Of a stretch of DNA of 64,000 nucleotides, positions 12,151-23,590 are shown piece after piece. Each line of letters opens with the position of its first letter. Positions within the stretch are counted from its first letter, which is position 1. Origin of the DNA: Rebecca billardiae RCC1528 (Eukaryota > Protista > Haptophyta); assembly GCA_965240325.2 (NCBI GenBank), contig OZ251224.1, positions 2,852,001-2,916,000 of the forward strand, written 5' to 3'. Made by a program: the position numbers and the translations under genes. The notes under the pieces were generated by a model. That model saw nothing but the letters and a program-made list of their open reading frames with translations, was not told where the DNA came from and did no database searches.

Positions 12151-12687
12151 AGTGAGTAGTGACGGCGGCGCCCGGCGACGGGCACTCTTGAATTGTTGAA
12201 ACATGGACACTTTAATTCGTTACGAGTTAGAGTCTAAATATGAATAATCCGACTCGTCCTAGACCTAGTCAAGTATTATTAGGCCGTCGTTGCCGGCCGA
12301 GGACGCCCGGGGCTGAATTACTCACTGCTCACGTCGCCGCGCGCGGCCATGGCGCCGCCGGCGCCACGCGAGCTGCCCGATTTGTCCAGCTACTGGCGCA
12401 GCAAGACCGACGCTTGGACCGGACCACCATGCCATGTGCGGCATGACTGTGCCCATGCCCATGCGATCAAAAAACATGCGCCCACATGCTCCGCGCGTTG
12501 CGCGCGCGGCTCCCCTTCGCGAGGGGCCACCGCACAAACAGTCATGCGCTTTGTGCCGCCTGCAGCTGCGAGTGCGTCAGATGTGAGCGCGCTCGCGCAC
12601 TGCCAGGCGGTCGTCTGCGCGGCAGCAAGGCAGCCCCGAGGCTGCTCTGCTCGGCCGCGCGCGCGCACGCGCGGTCATCTCGTCAAC

Positions 12688-15600
12688 TCAATGATGGTGC
12701 TCATTCGCCTGGCGGTGGTAGCGGTGCACCTCGACGAGGAGCGAGCTCAGCTCGCCGCGCTCGAGCTCAATCTGCCGCCGCCGACCGGCACGCACGCACG
12801 TGCAGGCGAGGGCGCGTGGCGCGCGGCGCCGGGGCTTCCGTCAGCGCGCCGCGCGGTGGCGGCGCGCGCCCGGCGCGTTCGCGCGGCGCTGCTCGCACCT
12901 GGACACCGAGGTAGTGGCGCGCGAGCCCGTCTTGCGCGATGCACGGGTGCATCGAGAGGAGGTTCCAGAAGCCGCGCCCGTCTGCGCGCGCGGTGTCGCA
13001 GGGCGCGGTCGCAGGGCAGTCGGTGAGCCGCGCCCAGGCCGGTGCCTACGCGAGCACGGCGCGCCGCCATAGCGAGGCGCGCGCCGTGCGCGCCGTGCGC
13101 GTGCGCGTACGCTGGGTCTGGTTGAAGATCTGCACGCGGCACGGCCGCTTGGCCGCGATCGACCACTTGAGCAGCTGGATGGACGACGGGTCGGTGCACT
13201 CGGTCTGCAGGAAGCGGCAGTTGCGCCCGATGCAGTCCTCGGGCTTGTAACCGCAGATGTCCTGCGCGGCACGCGCGCGCACGCGTGGCACGCGCGCGCC
13301 GGGCGTGTGAGCAGGGTGCCCACGCGCGAATCGCGCGCGCCACGCGGCGTGCCGACCCGCCAGAGGCTCGCCCGCACGCTGCGCGCGCGCGGCTGTGCGC
13401 GTGCGTGTGCGCGGCTGTGCGTGTGTGTGCGTGTGTGCGTGTGTGCGTGTGCGCGGCTGTGCGCGTGCGCGTGCGCGGCTGTGCGTGTGTGTGCGTGTGT
13501 GCGTGTGTGCGTGTGCGCGGCTGTGCGCGTGCGCGCGCGCGTGCGCGCGCACGTAAAAGCCCTGGTTGACGTAGACGAGGGGCTGGTCGAGCTTGTGCAT
13601 GCTCGAGCAGCAGAAGGCGAAGCCGGAGCACTCGACGCACGAGCGGAGCAGGAGCTGCTCGGTGGTGGGCACCTTGAGCTCCTCCTTCGCCACGCTCGCC
13701 TCGTCCTGCTTGTCCGCGATGTCGACCACCTTGCTCACCTCGAGCGGCAGCAGGCCCATGTGCCGAGGCACGCCGAGCAGCCGCGGCTGGTGCACGTCGG
13801 CCGCGGCCTTCTTGCTCTCGAGCGTGGGCTGCCAGCGCGTGGCCGTGTCGGCGTGGACGGTGGGCGCCTCCGACGTGACCGACGTGTCCGAGCCGAGCCG
13901 GCCGTTCGCGCCGCCGTTTTCGCGCGTCGTCGTGCTCACCTTGTCGGCCGTGTTCGAGCCCTCGACGCCCGCAAAGTTGGTCTCGTCGTTGTGCACGGCG
14001 GCGACCTCGGCGGACATCTTGGGCTCCTCGACGACGATGTGCGACATGTCGAGGTTGGCGACGGTGTAGAGCTTGCCCTTCTCCAGCAGCTCGAGGAACC
14101 GCTGGTCACGCCGGTACGCGCGGAGCAGGTGCTTCGAGTTCACCATCGCGTGCTCCTCGTCCGGATCGGACGCGATCGCCTCGGCCGACTCTGCGAGCGA
14201 GAGCTGCGCGCGCGCCTTCCACGCCTCGCGCAGGCTGGTGGTGCAGAGCACGGGCGAGATGGCGCAGAGGTTGACGAAGGGGGTGCCGTCCTTGCGGTGG
14301 TGCACGATCAGCACGCGCGTCGGCTTGTCCGAGACGAACGCGCGCATCAGCTGCGAGCCCGCGACCATCGACGTGTGCGGCCCGTGCAGCAGACGGATGC
14401 CGTGCTGCGACTCGTACACCTCCTCCCGCGTGTATCCCGACATGCGCTCGAAGGCGAGGTTGGCGTAGAGCACCTGCGGCGGGTCGGCGGAGCCGTCGAT
14501 GAGGGTGAAGCCGTCGCCGCACGCCGCGTCGAAGAGCTGCAGCGCCACGTCGCGCGGCACCGGCCCCGCCGACGGCGGCGGCAGCTCGCGCACGAGGCGC
14601 GGCACCGGGTGGTAGCGCGTCGCGCGCGCAATCTGCGAGCGGAGCGCGACCTCGTCGTAGAAGACCATGTGCTTGGTGATCAGCCCGTCCTCGAGGCGCT
14701 CGATGGTGACGCCGGAGCACTCGACCGCCTGCGACGTGGGCAGCAGCACGAGCGGCGCGCCGTCGTAGTCGATCGCGCGGTACTCGCCCGTGTGGGTCGC
14801 CTTCCACTCCCAGTGCGTGATGATCTGCTCGCCGTCGTCTGAGACATCCTGCGCGACCTTGGTGTGCTTCAGGTCGGGGAAGGCGTCGAGGAAGCGCTTG
14901 CGCCGCGCGAGGAAGAGCTCGAGGCCGGAGAGGCTGCTCTTCGGCGCGTCGTCGTCGCCCGACGTCACCGCCAGCGCCGCCTTGATCCCCGACTCCTCGA
15001 AGACGAGGTCGGGCGAGAGAAGCTTCTTGAGCTCGGCGTCCGACACCTTGCCGCCGTACTCACCCTCGATGCGCTTCAGGACGACGCCCTTGTTGAGCTC
15101 GTGCATCGTGCGGTCCTGCACGTCGACGAAGAGGCGGATGCCGTCGAGCGACGTGCCCGCCGCCGCGGCGGCGTTGCCCACCACGTCGATCCGCAGCCGC
15201 AGGTACACCATCTCGTCCTCGTCGGCGGCGGGGCCAGACGGCGCGGCGGCGGTCGGGTCGGCCGTCGCGCGGTCGGGGTACACGCGCAGCAGGACCTCGC
15301 CCGTCGACTTGCCGAAGGTGCCCGAGGTGTACTGCGCGCTGCCGCCGCGGCGGCCGCGCGTCGACTGCCGCCGCGCCGTCGTGGCCACGTGCAGCCCGCC
15401 CTCCGACGTCGCCTGCGTCGCCTTGTCCGCCGCGGCCTGGATGGTTTTGATGAGCTCCGGAACGTCATCCGGGTGCCACACCGGCAGCGACTGCAGCTCG
15501 CGCCCGACGATGGCGGAGGAGAAGCCGAGCGAGTCGTAGCCGAGCATCTGCTCGACGACGACCGAGGCCTTCGACACCGTGCCGCTCGTCGTGAGCTCGA

Positions 15601-17098
15601 GCGTCATGCCGCTCATCTCGAGCGTGCGGCCGGGCGCGGGCGTGGCGAGCTCCTGAGACTTAGTGCTCTTCGACTTGCCCGGCGTCGCGACAAACTGGCG
15701 GAAGCCCTTCTCGAGCTGCTGGAAGCCCTGCTTGGAGGCGCCGCCGAGGTCGTCCTTCTTGTTGGTCGACGCCGACTTGTGCGAGTCGCCGTCGCCCGGC
15801 ACGAACGGCGCGGGCATCGCCTTCGCCTCGAGCGCCTCCCAGTCGATCCCTTTGAAGAATGGGTGCGCCTTCACGCGCTGCAGCCCGCCGAGCGAGCCGC
15901 CGAGCCGCATCTTGGGGTCGACGGTGAGGAAGGCGGAGATGAGCGAGGCGAGCTCGGGCGAGAGCCAGCGCGGCGACTTGTAGTCCGCCACCGCGATCTT
16001 CGACGTGAGCCGCTGCAGGTCGTCGTCCGAGAAGGGCGGCGCGCCGACGGCCATCTCATACACGAGGCAGCCGACCGCCCACCAGTCGACCGCGCGCGTG
16101 TACGGCTTGCCCGCGAGCGTCTCGGGCGCCATGTACACGGGCGTGCCGCAGATCGTCTTGGTCGTGTACGGGTCCTTGTCCCCGCCCAGCGCCGCCGCGG
16201 CCGACTCGGAGCCCTCCGTCACCAGCCGCTTCGCGAGCCCGAAGTCGGTGAGCATCAGGTGGCCGTCGAGCGCCACCATCACGTTCTCCGGCTTGAGGTC
16301 GCGGTAGACGATGCCCTTCTCGTGCACGTGCGCGATGGCCAGCGACATCTCGGCGGCGAAGATCCGCACCCAGTCCTCCGACAGCCGCCGGCGCTGCTCG
16401 ATCAGCGAGAACATGTCGCCGCCGCCCGCGTAGTCGAGGATCATGTAGAGCGAATCCTCGTCCTGAAACGCGTAGTGCAGCGAGACGATGAAGGGGTGGT
16501 GCATCGCCTGCAGCAGGTCGTTCTCCGCGATGGCCTGCGTGATCGACGCGTTCCCCTTCAGCACGATGTGCCGCTTGTCCACCACCTGCGGGCCGCCGTG
16601 GGCGCGCGCGCGCAGAGGCGGTCGGCAGGGCGGGCGCGGCGGCGCGCGCGTCACGCGCGCGCTCGGCGAGGGCGAGCCCAGCGCCCGGCACGGCGGCGTG
16701 CGCCGGGCGCCGGCGTGTGGGCAGGCGACCACCCTCGTGTGTGACGCACGCCCCCATCGCACCGCCGGCCGGACGGCGGGCACGCTGCCCGACGACCACC
16801 AGACGCGTCCCCGCGCAAAAAGCGAGCAGTGCGCGCGCACCTTCATGGCGTAAATCTCGCCGTCGACGGCGGAGCGGACCATGAGCACGCGGCCGTACGC
16901 GCCAGAGCCGCACACACCGAGCACCTTGAAGTCATCGCGGCTAGGCCCCTCCCCCTCACCGTCCGCGCCGCCAGACATGGCCGCGACTGCGCTGGATGAA
17001 GGCTCCTGGCCCTGCGTCGCCCCAGGCTCCGTGGGCCGTCGGAGGGCAGACGCCGCGAGAAGTGACGCACATACGAGGGACCTGAAACGAAGACTCAT
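12688..17098 (-). CDS. AGC-family Ser/Thr kinase fused to PAS, SnoaL-like, Cys-less LOV-like and canonical LOV domains (about 1202 aa, 5 exons); putative blue-light receptor kinase
   Basis: Exons 17098-16841, 16585-13553, 13261-13111, 12981-12899 and 12771-12688, all GT-AG. Kinase motifs [49 protein letters not shown] motifs [17 protein letters not shown]. Alternative start ATG at 16978. Confidence 0.9.
13380..13550. repeat. Intronic (GT/GC)-rich simple repeat
   Basis: GCGTGTGTGC/GCGGCTGT units inside the 291 nt intron 13262-13552. Confidence 0.8.
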
Positions 17099-17506
17099 GC
17101 TTTGTTGGCTGACGAGACACGGGGTACCGACGAACCGCCGCTACCTATTCACGTCCGGGCAGAGAAGCGACGTGATCGCAATCTGCGACGCGTTCACATA
17201 CTGGGAGATGTGAGCTGATCGACCAAACGACCTTCCCGGGCGTCAGCCGCCGCCGTAGCGCGCGCGCCGTTGCTGCGCGCCTGCTCGGGTCTCTTCTAGA
17301 AAAACGTTGACGTCGACAGCGCGACAACGAGATAGATAGGCAGATAGATGGCCAGAAAACGGTGTGCTCCCGCCTGAATATGGTTAGGGCTAAAGGAAAA
17401 ATACAGTGCTGGCTAATTAGAAAAGGGACTAGAGCGGATTCTCGATGAAAGCTCGTTGCACCTATGCAATACCGACTTCACGGGGATCCTGGAGACCTTC
17501 TCATGG

Positions 17507-20454
17507 AGGCCACTCCACCGAAATCGAGCCCGGCCAGGGCTTCGGCCGCCCACTGGCGGACAGGGCTTAGCCCTGGCCGTGCCGAGCGCGGCCAGGGCTC
17601 CGCTCGCCAGCGCGAGATAGTATTGAGCTCATAGGCGATGCCGCCGCGCCGCGTGCGCGCGCTCCGTCTCGCGCTGGCTGCGGCCGCGAGCGCGTGCGGC
17701 GAGCCGTGGCGTGCGGTCGCGCACCGGCGCTGAGGTATGGTGTGCCCATCCGTGCCCTTGGCTTGTGCCCGCGCGCCCTGCTCCGCCGCTGCGGGGCGCG
17801 CGTGTGGTCGCGCCGCCTCGCTCGCTGGGCTCGCCGAAAGCGCGAGCGCGCAACGAGTCACCTGTGGCGTGTCGGACCCAGCGCGTGCGCGCCTGGCGTA
17901 TGGTTTGTGTTTGGCATGGCCCTGGTCACGCGCGGCGCCGGCCGTGCCCAGCGTCTGACCGCGCGCAACGCGCGCAGTACTGGTGGTCCCGGCTAGGGTC
18001 GAGCTGACCCCTCGGGGCTCGGCGGCACCCAGCCACTGGTAGGCGGCCGCGATGGGTCGACGCGTCGGATGGATGGCGGCTACACATCATGCTGGTCGCG
18101 CTCTGCCGCGTGCAGGGCGGTTGCACGGCGACAAGTGCCCCCGCGATCGTGCCGCGCTCGGGTACGAACAGGAGCAGTATGTTGCATGCGTGCCGCCCGC
18201 AGGTGGCGAGCTGAGGCGTGCTGGTCGGTGTGGCTGACGGGCGCGCTCGCGCGCGTGGCATGTGCGAGCGCGCCGCCGCCCACGCGTGCCGCCCACGCCG
18301 CGCGCCGCGCGCCGCGCGGCCTACGTCGCCTCGGCGCTCGCGCGGCCGGCAGCTCCGGACGGCAGCGTGACTCGGGTCCGAGTGGCTGTCGTGTGCCAGC
18401 TGCAGAGCTGGTCCTTACTAGTACACGGAATGGGCGGCGGGTGAAGTGGTTGTAGCCGCGGTCTTGCGTCTGTGGGCGTCCGCATGCCGCGTGTCTCTTC
18501 GTACCCTGATGTACGTCATTGCCCACGGATTCTGGGGTCATATGGGCACAACGGGCTGACTGACGCTGCAACCCTTGGCGCAGGCTCGGCGTAGATGACT
18601 GTGAAGATGGCCGGTCACAAGACACACGAGCAGAAGGTATGCACACGCACCGAGGTGATGCATCGCCCCTCTTACCTTTGTGGTGGAGCCCCGGAGGCGT
18701 GCGGCTGCCTGCGCATGCGCCAGAGTCGAGATGCGTAGCTCGGACGCTGCACGGGCTCGATGAGCGGCACTGCCTCTACTGTACTCGTGAGCGGCTGCAA
18801 GCGCACGCACGCCTCAAGAGCCGGATGCTCGCCGCGGCTGGTTTCGGCATGTAGCGCGGGCCAACGCTCTCAACGAAGTAGGATGGAGCCTCGAATGGCG
18901 TCAGTTGTGGCGTTGGCGCCTGCCACGGCCGCGGTGTCTGATGAACGACTGTGGGAATGATTGTAAGTGCGTGACAAGCGCTTCACTGGAGTATGAGCTG
19001 ACAGCAGCAGTTCCTGGCGAGGCTTCTATTGCACACAATCGTGCCGACCTTCACTGTCTGTGGCTCACAGCAGCACTGGTCTAGTGGGTCCACGCGAGGG
19101 TGCACGCGTGGTGGGAGCAGGCTGCGCTGCTCATCATCCACACATCACAGCTGAACACGACGCTTAGCGCGCGGAGCTGCTCGGCAGCTACCAAGTACGG
19201 GACGCTAGCCAGTGACAAGGCTGAGCCACGGCTACAGTATGCGCGTGCTGATGGCTATGATCGGCTCGGTACCCGGTGATGAAGTTCGCCAACTCCCGCC
19301 CTTCTACGGTGGCCGGCCTGAGCACAACACTGATGGTACACCACGATGCAGCGCAGTTACAGTTGTCAGCTGAACACTTTCCGAATACCCAGTCAAGGAG
19401 CATGCAGACGGTGCTGAACTGCTGTGTATCGTCCATCTCATCATGCGCTCACGGCTTGATACCAAGACAGTGGCAGTGGCCACAAACTACTACGCAGCTA
19501 GCTGTTTCCGTATGCCAAGATGATGGACGACTACTGCAGCTTGTTTGCAAGCCTTGAGCAGCTGGCACACGACAGCCACTCGGACCCGAGTCACGCTGCC
19601 GTCCGGAGCTGCCGGCCGCGCGAGCGCCGAGGCGACGTAGGCCGCGCGGCGCGCGGCGCGCGGCGTGGGCGGCACGCGTGGGCGGCGGCGCGCTCGCACA
19701 TGCCACGCGCGCGAGCGCGCCCGTCAGCCACACCGACCAGCACGCCTCAGCTCGCCACCTGCGGGCGGCACGCATGCAACATACTGCTCCTGTTCGTACC
19801 CGAGCGCGGCACGATCGCGGGGGCACTTGTCGCCGTGCAACCGCCCTGCACGCGGCAGAGCGCGACCAGCATGATGTGTAGCCGCCATCCATCCGACGCG
19901 TCGACCCATCGCGGCCGCCTACCAGTGGCTGGGTGCCGCCGAGCCCCGAGGGGTCAGCTCGACCCTAGCCGGGACCACCAGTACTGCGCGCGTTGCGCGC
20001 GGTCAGACGCTGGGCACGGCCGGCGCCGCGCGTGACCAGGGCCATGTCAAACACAAACCATACGCCAGGCGCGCACGCGCTGGGTCCGACACGCCACAGG
20101 TGACTCGTTGCGCGCTCGCGCTTTCGGCGAGCCCAGCGAGCGAGGCGGCGCGACCACACGCGCGCCCCGCAGCGGCGGAGCAGGGCGCGCGGGCACAAGC
20201 CAAGGGCACGGATGGGCACACCATACCTCAGCGCCGGTGCGCGACCGCACGCCACGGCTCGCCGCACGCGCTCGCGGCCGCAGCCAGCGCGAGACGGAGC
20301 GCGCGCACGCGGCGCGGCGGCATCGCCTATGAGCTCAATACTATCTCGCGCTGGCGAGCGGAGCCCTGGCCGCGCTCGGCACGGCCAGGGCTAAGCCCTG
20401 TCCGCCAGTGGGCGGCCGAAGCCCTGGCCGGGCTCGATTTCGGTGGAGTGGCCT
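17507..20454. mobile_element. Foldback-type element with 897 bp terminal inverted repeats and a target-site duplication
   Basis: 17507-18403 is the reverse complement of 19558-20454 (one mismatch seen). The flanking direct repeat CTCATGG lies at 17500-17506 and 20455-20461. The 1154 bp spacer has no long ORF. Confidence 0.9.
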
Positions 20455-20685
20455 CTCATGGTGCGATCAAGACTGTCGAGCGGGTACCGAAGCATTTGTA
20501 CATCTAAAAATAATGACTTGCGCCTTCCGTCAGAAGCGACATAGCGACTTTGTAACAGTCACTTAGGAGAGACACGGACCCGCCGAGACGGAAATCACTA
20601 TGATAGCAGTCGTTATACCGTACTCAAATCAGGCCCTAACCGAGTCACAGTAGACGACCGTCGTCGCCCGCCGGCGCGCGAGTCG

Positions 20686-22359
20686 CTAGCCCATGCAGCA
20701 GGCTGCTCGTGCCACTGACCCGCCGCCGCGCCGCTCGAGCGCGCTGAAGTGCTCGCGATCGGCGTCGAGCGCCGCGAGCATGCCGTCCAGCTCCGCGACC
20801 ACCTCGTGGAACTCGGGGCGTGTGGCAGGATCGCCGTCCCATGCGCGCGTGACCAGCCCAACGACCTCCGCGGGCCACGCACGCGGGATCTGCGGGCGCA
20901 GCGTCCCCTCGGCGACCAGCTCGGCGATCTGATCAGGGAGGAGGTACATGCCCTCGTACGCGCGCCGGCGCGTGAGCACCTCCCACGCGATGATGGCGAA
21001 CGAGAACACGTCGATCTTGTGGCTGTACATCTGCCGCCGGTGGTTCTCGGGCGCCATGTACTTGCACGTGCCCGTCTGCCCCGTCATCTCGCGAGCCCCC
21101 GCCGCGGCGCGCACGTGGCTGATCATCGGCGCGAGCGCGCCCGTGGCCATCGCGATCGATGCGCGCACGGCCGAGCCCGAGCCGCCGACGCTGAACCGTC
21201 GAATCCCCTTGCTGCGGCCTTTGTACGCGCTGCCCTCGTCCGCCTCGGCGTGCCCGGCCGAGCTCGCGACCGAGAGGCGCGCGGCGCCGCCCCTGTCCAC
21301 CGAGCTCGCGACCGATGACCGCCGTGACCCGCGCGCGCCGCCGCCCACCTCCGTCACGCCGCGCGCGGGCTCGCCGCCCCTCCCTGCGAGCGCCTCGACG
21401 GGCGTCTGCGGCACGGCCTCGACCCGATCGGCCGACGGCTCGGCCGCCGCCGGCGCCGCTTCGGGCACCGGCTTTGCAAACTCCTTGCCGAGGCCGCTCA
21501 CGTCGTGGCCGAACTCCTCGGCGAGGTCAATCTTGCACAGCCCGAAGTCCGCGATCTTCGCCACGCCGTCGGCGCCCACGAGGATGTTCTCGGGCTTGAG
21601 GTCGCGGTGGGCGAGCTGCGCGCCCGACGCGCCGTGCAGGTACGCCATGCCCGCCGCAATCTGCCGCAGCCACAGCAGCGCCTGCCGCGCGTCGTACCGG
21701 CCCGCGGCGATCTTGTCGCGGAGCGTGCCCCCCGGCATGTACTCGATCACGAATTCGAAGCTGTCGCACCCGTCCTCGTCCGCGACGGGCACGCAGCCGT
21801 AGCACGCGACCACGTTCTCGTGCCTGAGCATGCGCAGCAGCAGGCCCTCCGCCTGGTAGTTGGTGACCCACTTGTCCGGCACGCGCACCTGCTCCGTCTC
21901 ATGCGGCCGCTTCGACGAGGGCGCGAGGCGGTACAGCTTCATCTTCTTCACCGCGACGAGCGCCGGCCGCCCGTCCTCCCGCGGCTTGAGCCGCGGGTGC
22001 TCGCCCCGGAACTCGCACAGGTCGACGGTCGCGAACGCACCCTCGCCTAGCCGGCGCACGGCGTGCAGCTCGTCCGCGCGGATCGTCTGGCTGCTCGCGA
22101 GCGAGCCGAGCTGGCGCTGGATGTCACGCTCGTCGTCCGCAGCCGCGGCGAACCGTGAAGCCTTCGCCGGCGAGTGCAGGATTTCGGCGAGCGTGCTGAT
22201 GCGCGAGTTCACCACCGACATCTGCGACGAGTCCTCGCGCGGGCGCAGGATGCCAGCCTTGATCGGGGCCGGTTCCGGCGACCTGGGAAGCGCCATGATT
22301 GGCTCGTCATCCTCCACCTCATCCACCGCGAGCTCGGGCTCCACCTTCGCTGTCGGCAT
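20686..22359 (-). CDS. TKL-group (Ser/Thr/Tyr-like) protein kinase, 557 aa, with long activation-segment insertion
   Basis: LGEGAFATV, VAVK, QIAAGMAYLH, HRDLKPEN, DFG, MTGQTGTCKYMAPE, DVFSFAIIAWE and RPEF motifs. Confidence 0.92.
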   Translation of the reverse strand: MPTAKVEPELAVDEVEDDEPIMALPRSPEPAPIKAGILRPREDSSQMSVVNSRISTLAEILHSPAKASRFAAAADDERDIQRQLGSLASSQTIRADELHAVRRLGEGAFATVDLCEFRGEHPRLKPREDGRPALVAVKKMKLYRLAPSSKRPHETEQVRVPDKWVTNYQAEGLLLRMLRHENVVACYGCVPVADEDGCDSFEFVIEYMPGGTLRDKIAAGRYDARQALLWLRQIAAGMAYLHGASGAQLAHRDLKPENILVGADGVAKIADFGLCKIDLAEEFGHDVSGLGKEFAKPVPEAAPAAAEPSADRVEAVPQTPVEALAGRGGEPARGVTEVGGGARGSRRSSVASSVDRGGAARLSVASSAGHAEADEGSAYKGRSKGIRRFSVGGSGSAVRASIAMATGALAPMISHVRAAAGAREMTGQTGTCKYMAPENHRRQMYSHKIDVFSFAIIAWEVLTRRRAYEGMYLLPDQIAELVAEGTLRPQIPRAWPAEVVGLVTRAWDGDPATRPEFHEVVAELDGMLAALDADREHFSALERRGGGSVARAACCMG

Positions 22360-22888
22360 CGCGCCCCACGGGAGAACGCAACCGTACCCCGCCGGTACGG
22401 CGGTACGGGATCTGCCGCTTGTAGTGGTTTGGGGCGAGGGGGTGCTTGCCGCAGGCTTGGGGCCGAGCCGCGATTCCTTCTAATCAAGTGATCATCAAGG
22501 GTCAGATTTCCACTATGATATGCAGTACTGAATACGATCTGCAAGCTTCCATGCCTATTATCATCAGCTCGATTTGATAGTTGTACTCTCAAGACGGTAA
22601 GATTCCGTATTTGAAGCTTGCACGGCGGGTACGGGGTCCAGGCGGTAAGGCGGCTCGTCAGGCTCATTATTCGAAAGTCACAGGCCAATCACAGGAGGCT
22701 TCACAGCTCATCACGCAGTATTTGGCTCGTGAAGGAAGGTAAAGTGGGTGCTCGATGTTGTTCGCCGAACTGGGTCCGGTCGGGAGCCTGCCCGGACGCA
22801 CGGCTGTCCTGGCCCCTGCGCTGCTGCTGCTATTTTGAAGCCGTGAAATACAGGTTCCCGCACTGAAATTTGCGGAGTCCGCATGGCA

Positions 22889-23590
22889 CTATGAGGTCGT
22901 CCCGCCAAGAAGGCCAGCTGGGCCGCCCGCCCGCCTCGGGGTGCGCTTCGACTGCGCCGCCTGCCGGTAGTGCTTGCCCACGCGCGCGAGCAGCTCGGCA
23001 GCGACGCGCTCGCGCCGCTCGACCTGCTCGGCGAGCACGCGCTGCCGCTCGCGCTCGCGCGCGAGGTCGGCGCGGAGGAGGGCGACGTGGCGCTCAAGCA
23101 CGGCTGCCAGCTCGACGAGATCGTCCAGCGACAGCGCCGCCGCCGAGTTGGCCGAGAAGGAGCCTTGCAGCGGGGCTGAGTGCGACGCGACATGCCGATG
23201 CTCGAGCTCGGCGTCTGCGTCGGCGTCGGCGCCGTCTGCGTGGGGGGCGCAGCCCGGAGGGGGCAGGTACAGGCCGGCAGCTTCAATCGCCGCGTAAAGC
23301 GCATGCATGTCCCCCTCACCGCCGTCCTCGTCAGCCGTTCCGGCCCCGACGGGCGTGCTCGTGCGCCGAGCGCGCGCGCCCTGCTGCGCGCGGAATTGGC
23401 GCTGGAGACCGACAAAGCTGCGCACGTGCTCCGGCCGCGCGGTGCAGAGCACGCGGCGGGCGGGCGGGCGCAGCACGCCGCGCACGTCGTCGTCGAGCCG
23501 GGTGTACAGCCGCTCACCCACCGCGCGTTGTGCGAGGAAGCGGCGCGCGGCGCGCTGGATGCGTGCGGCAGCTTGCTCGTCCGCCGCCAT
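22889..23590 (-). CDS. IQ-motif, coiled-coil protein (about 233 aa)
   Basis: ATG at 23590; IQ motif AAARIQRAARRFLAQR; C-terminal heptad region LVELAAVLERHVALLRADLARERERQRVLAEQV. Confidence 0.65.
   Translation of the reverse strand: MAADEQAAARIQRAARRFLAQRAVGERLYTRLDDDVRGVLRPPARRVLCTARPEHVRSFVGLQRQFRAQQGARARRTSTPVGAGTADEDGGEGDMHALYAAIEAAGLYLPPPGCAPHADGADADADAELEHRHVASHSAPLQGSFSANSAAALSLDDLVELAAVLERHVALLRADLARERERQRVLAEQVERRERVAAELLARVGKHYRQAAQSKRTPRRAGGPAGLLGGTTS

Noticed and set aside
12688-17098. Calling the LOV kinase a phototropin
   Set aside because: The domain order is reversed, the kinase has DFG rather than DFD, and extra PAS and SnoaL domains are present.
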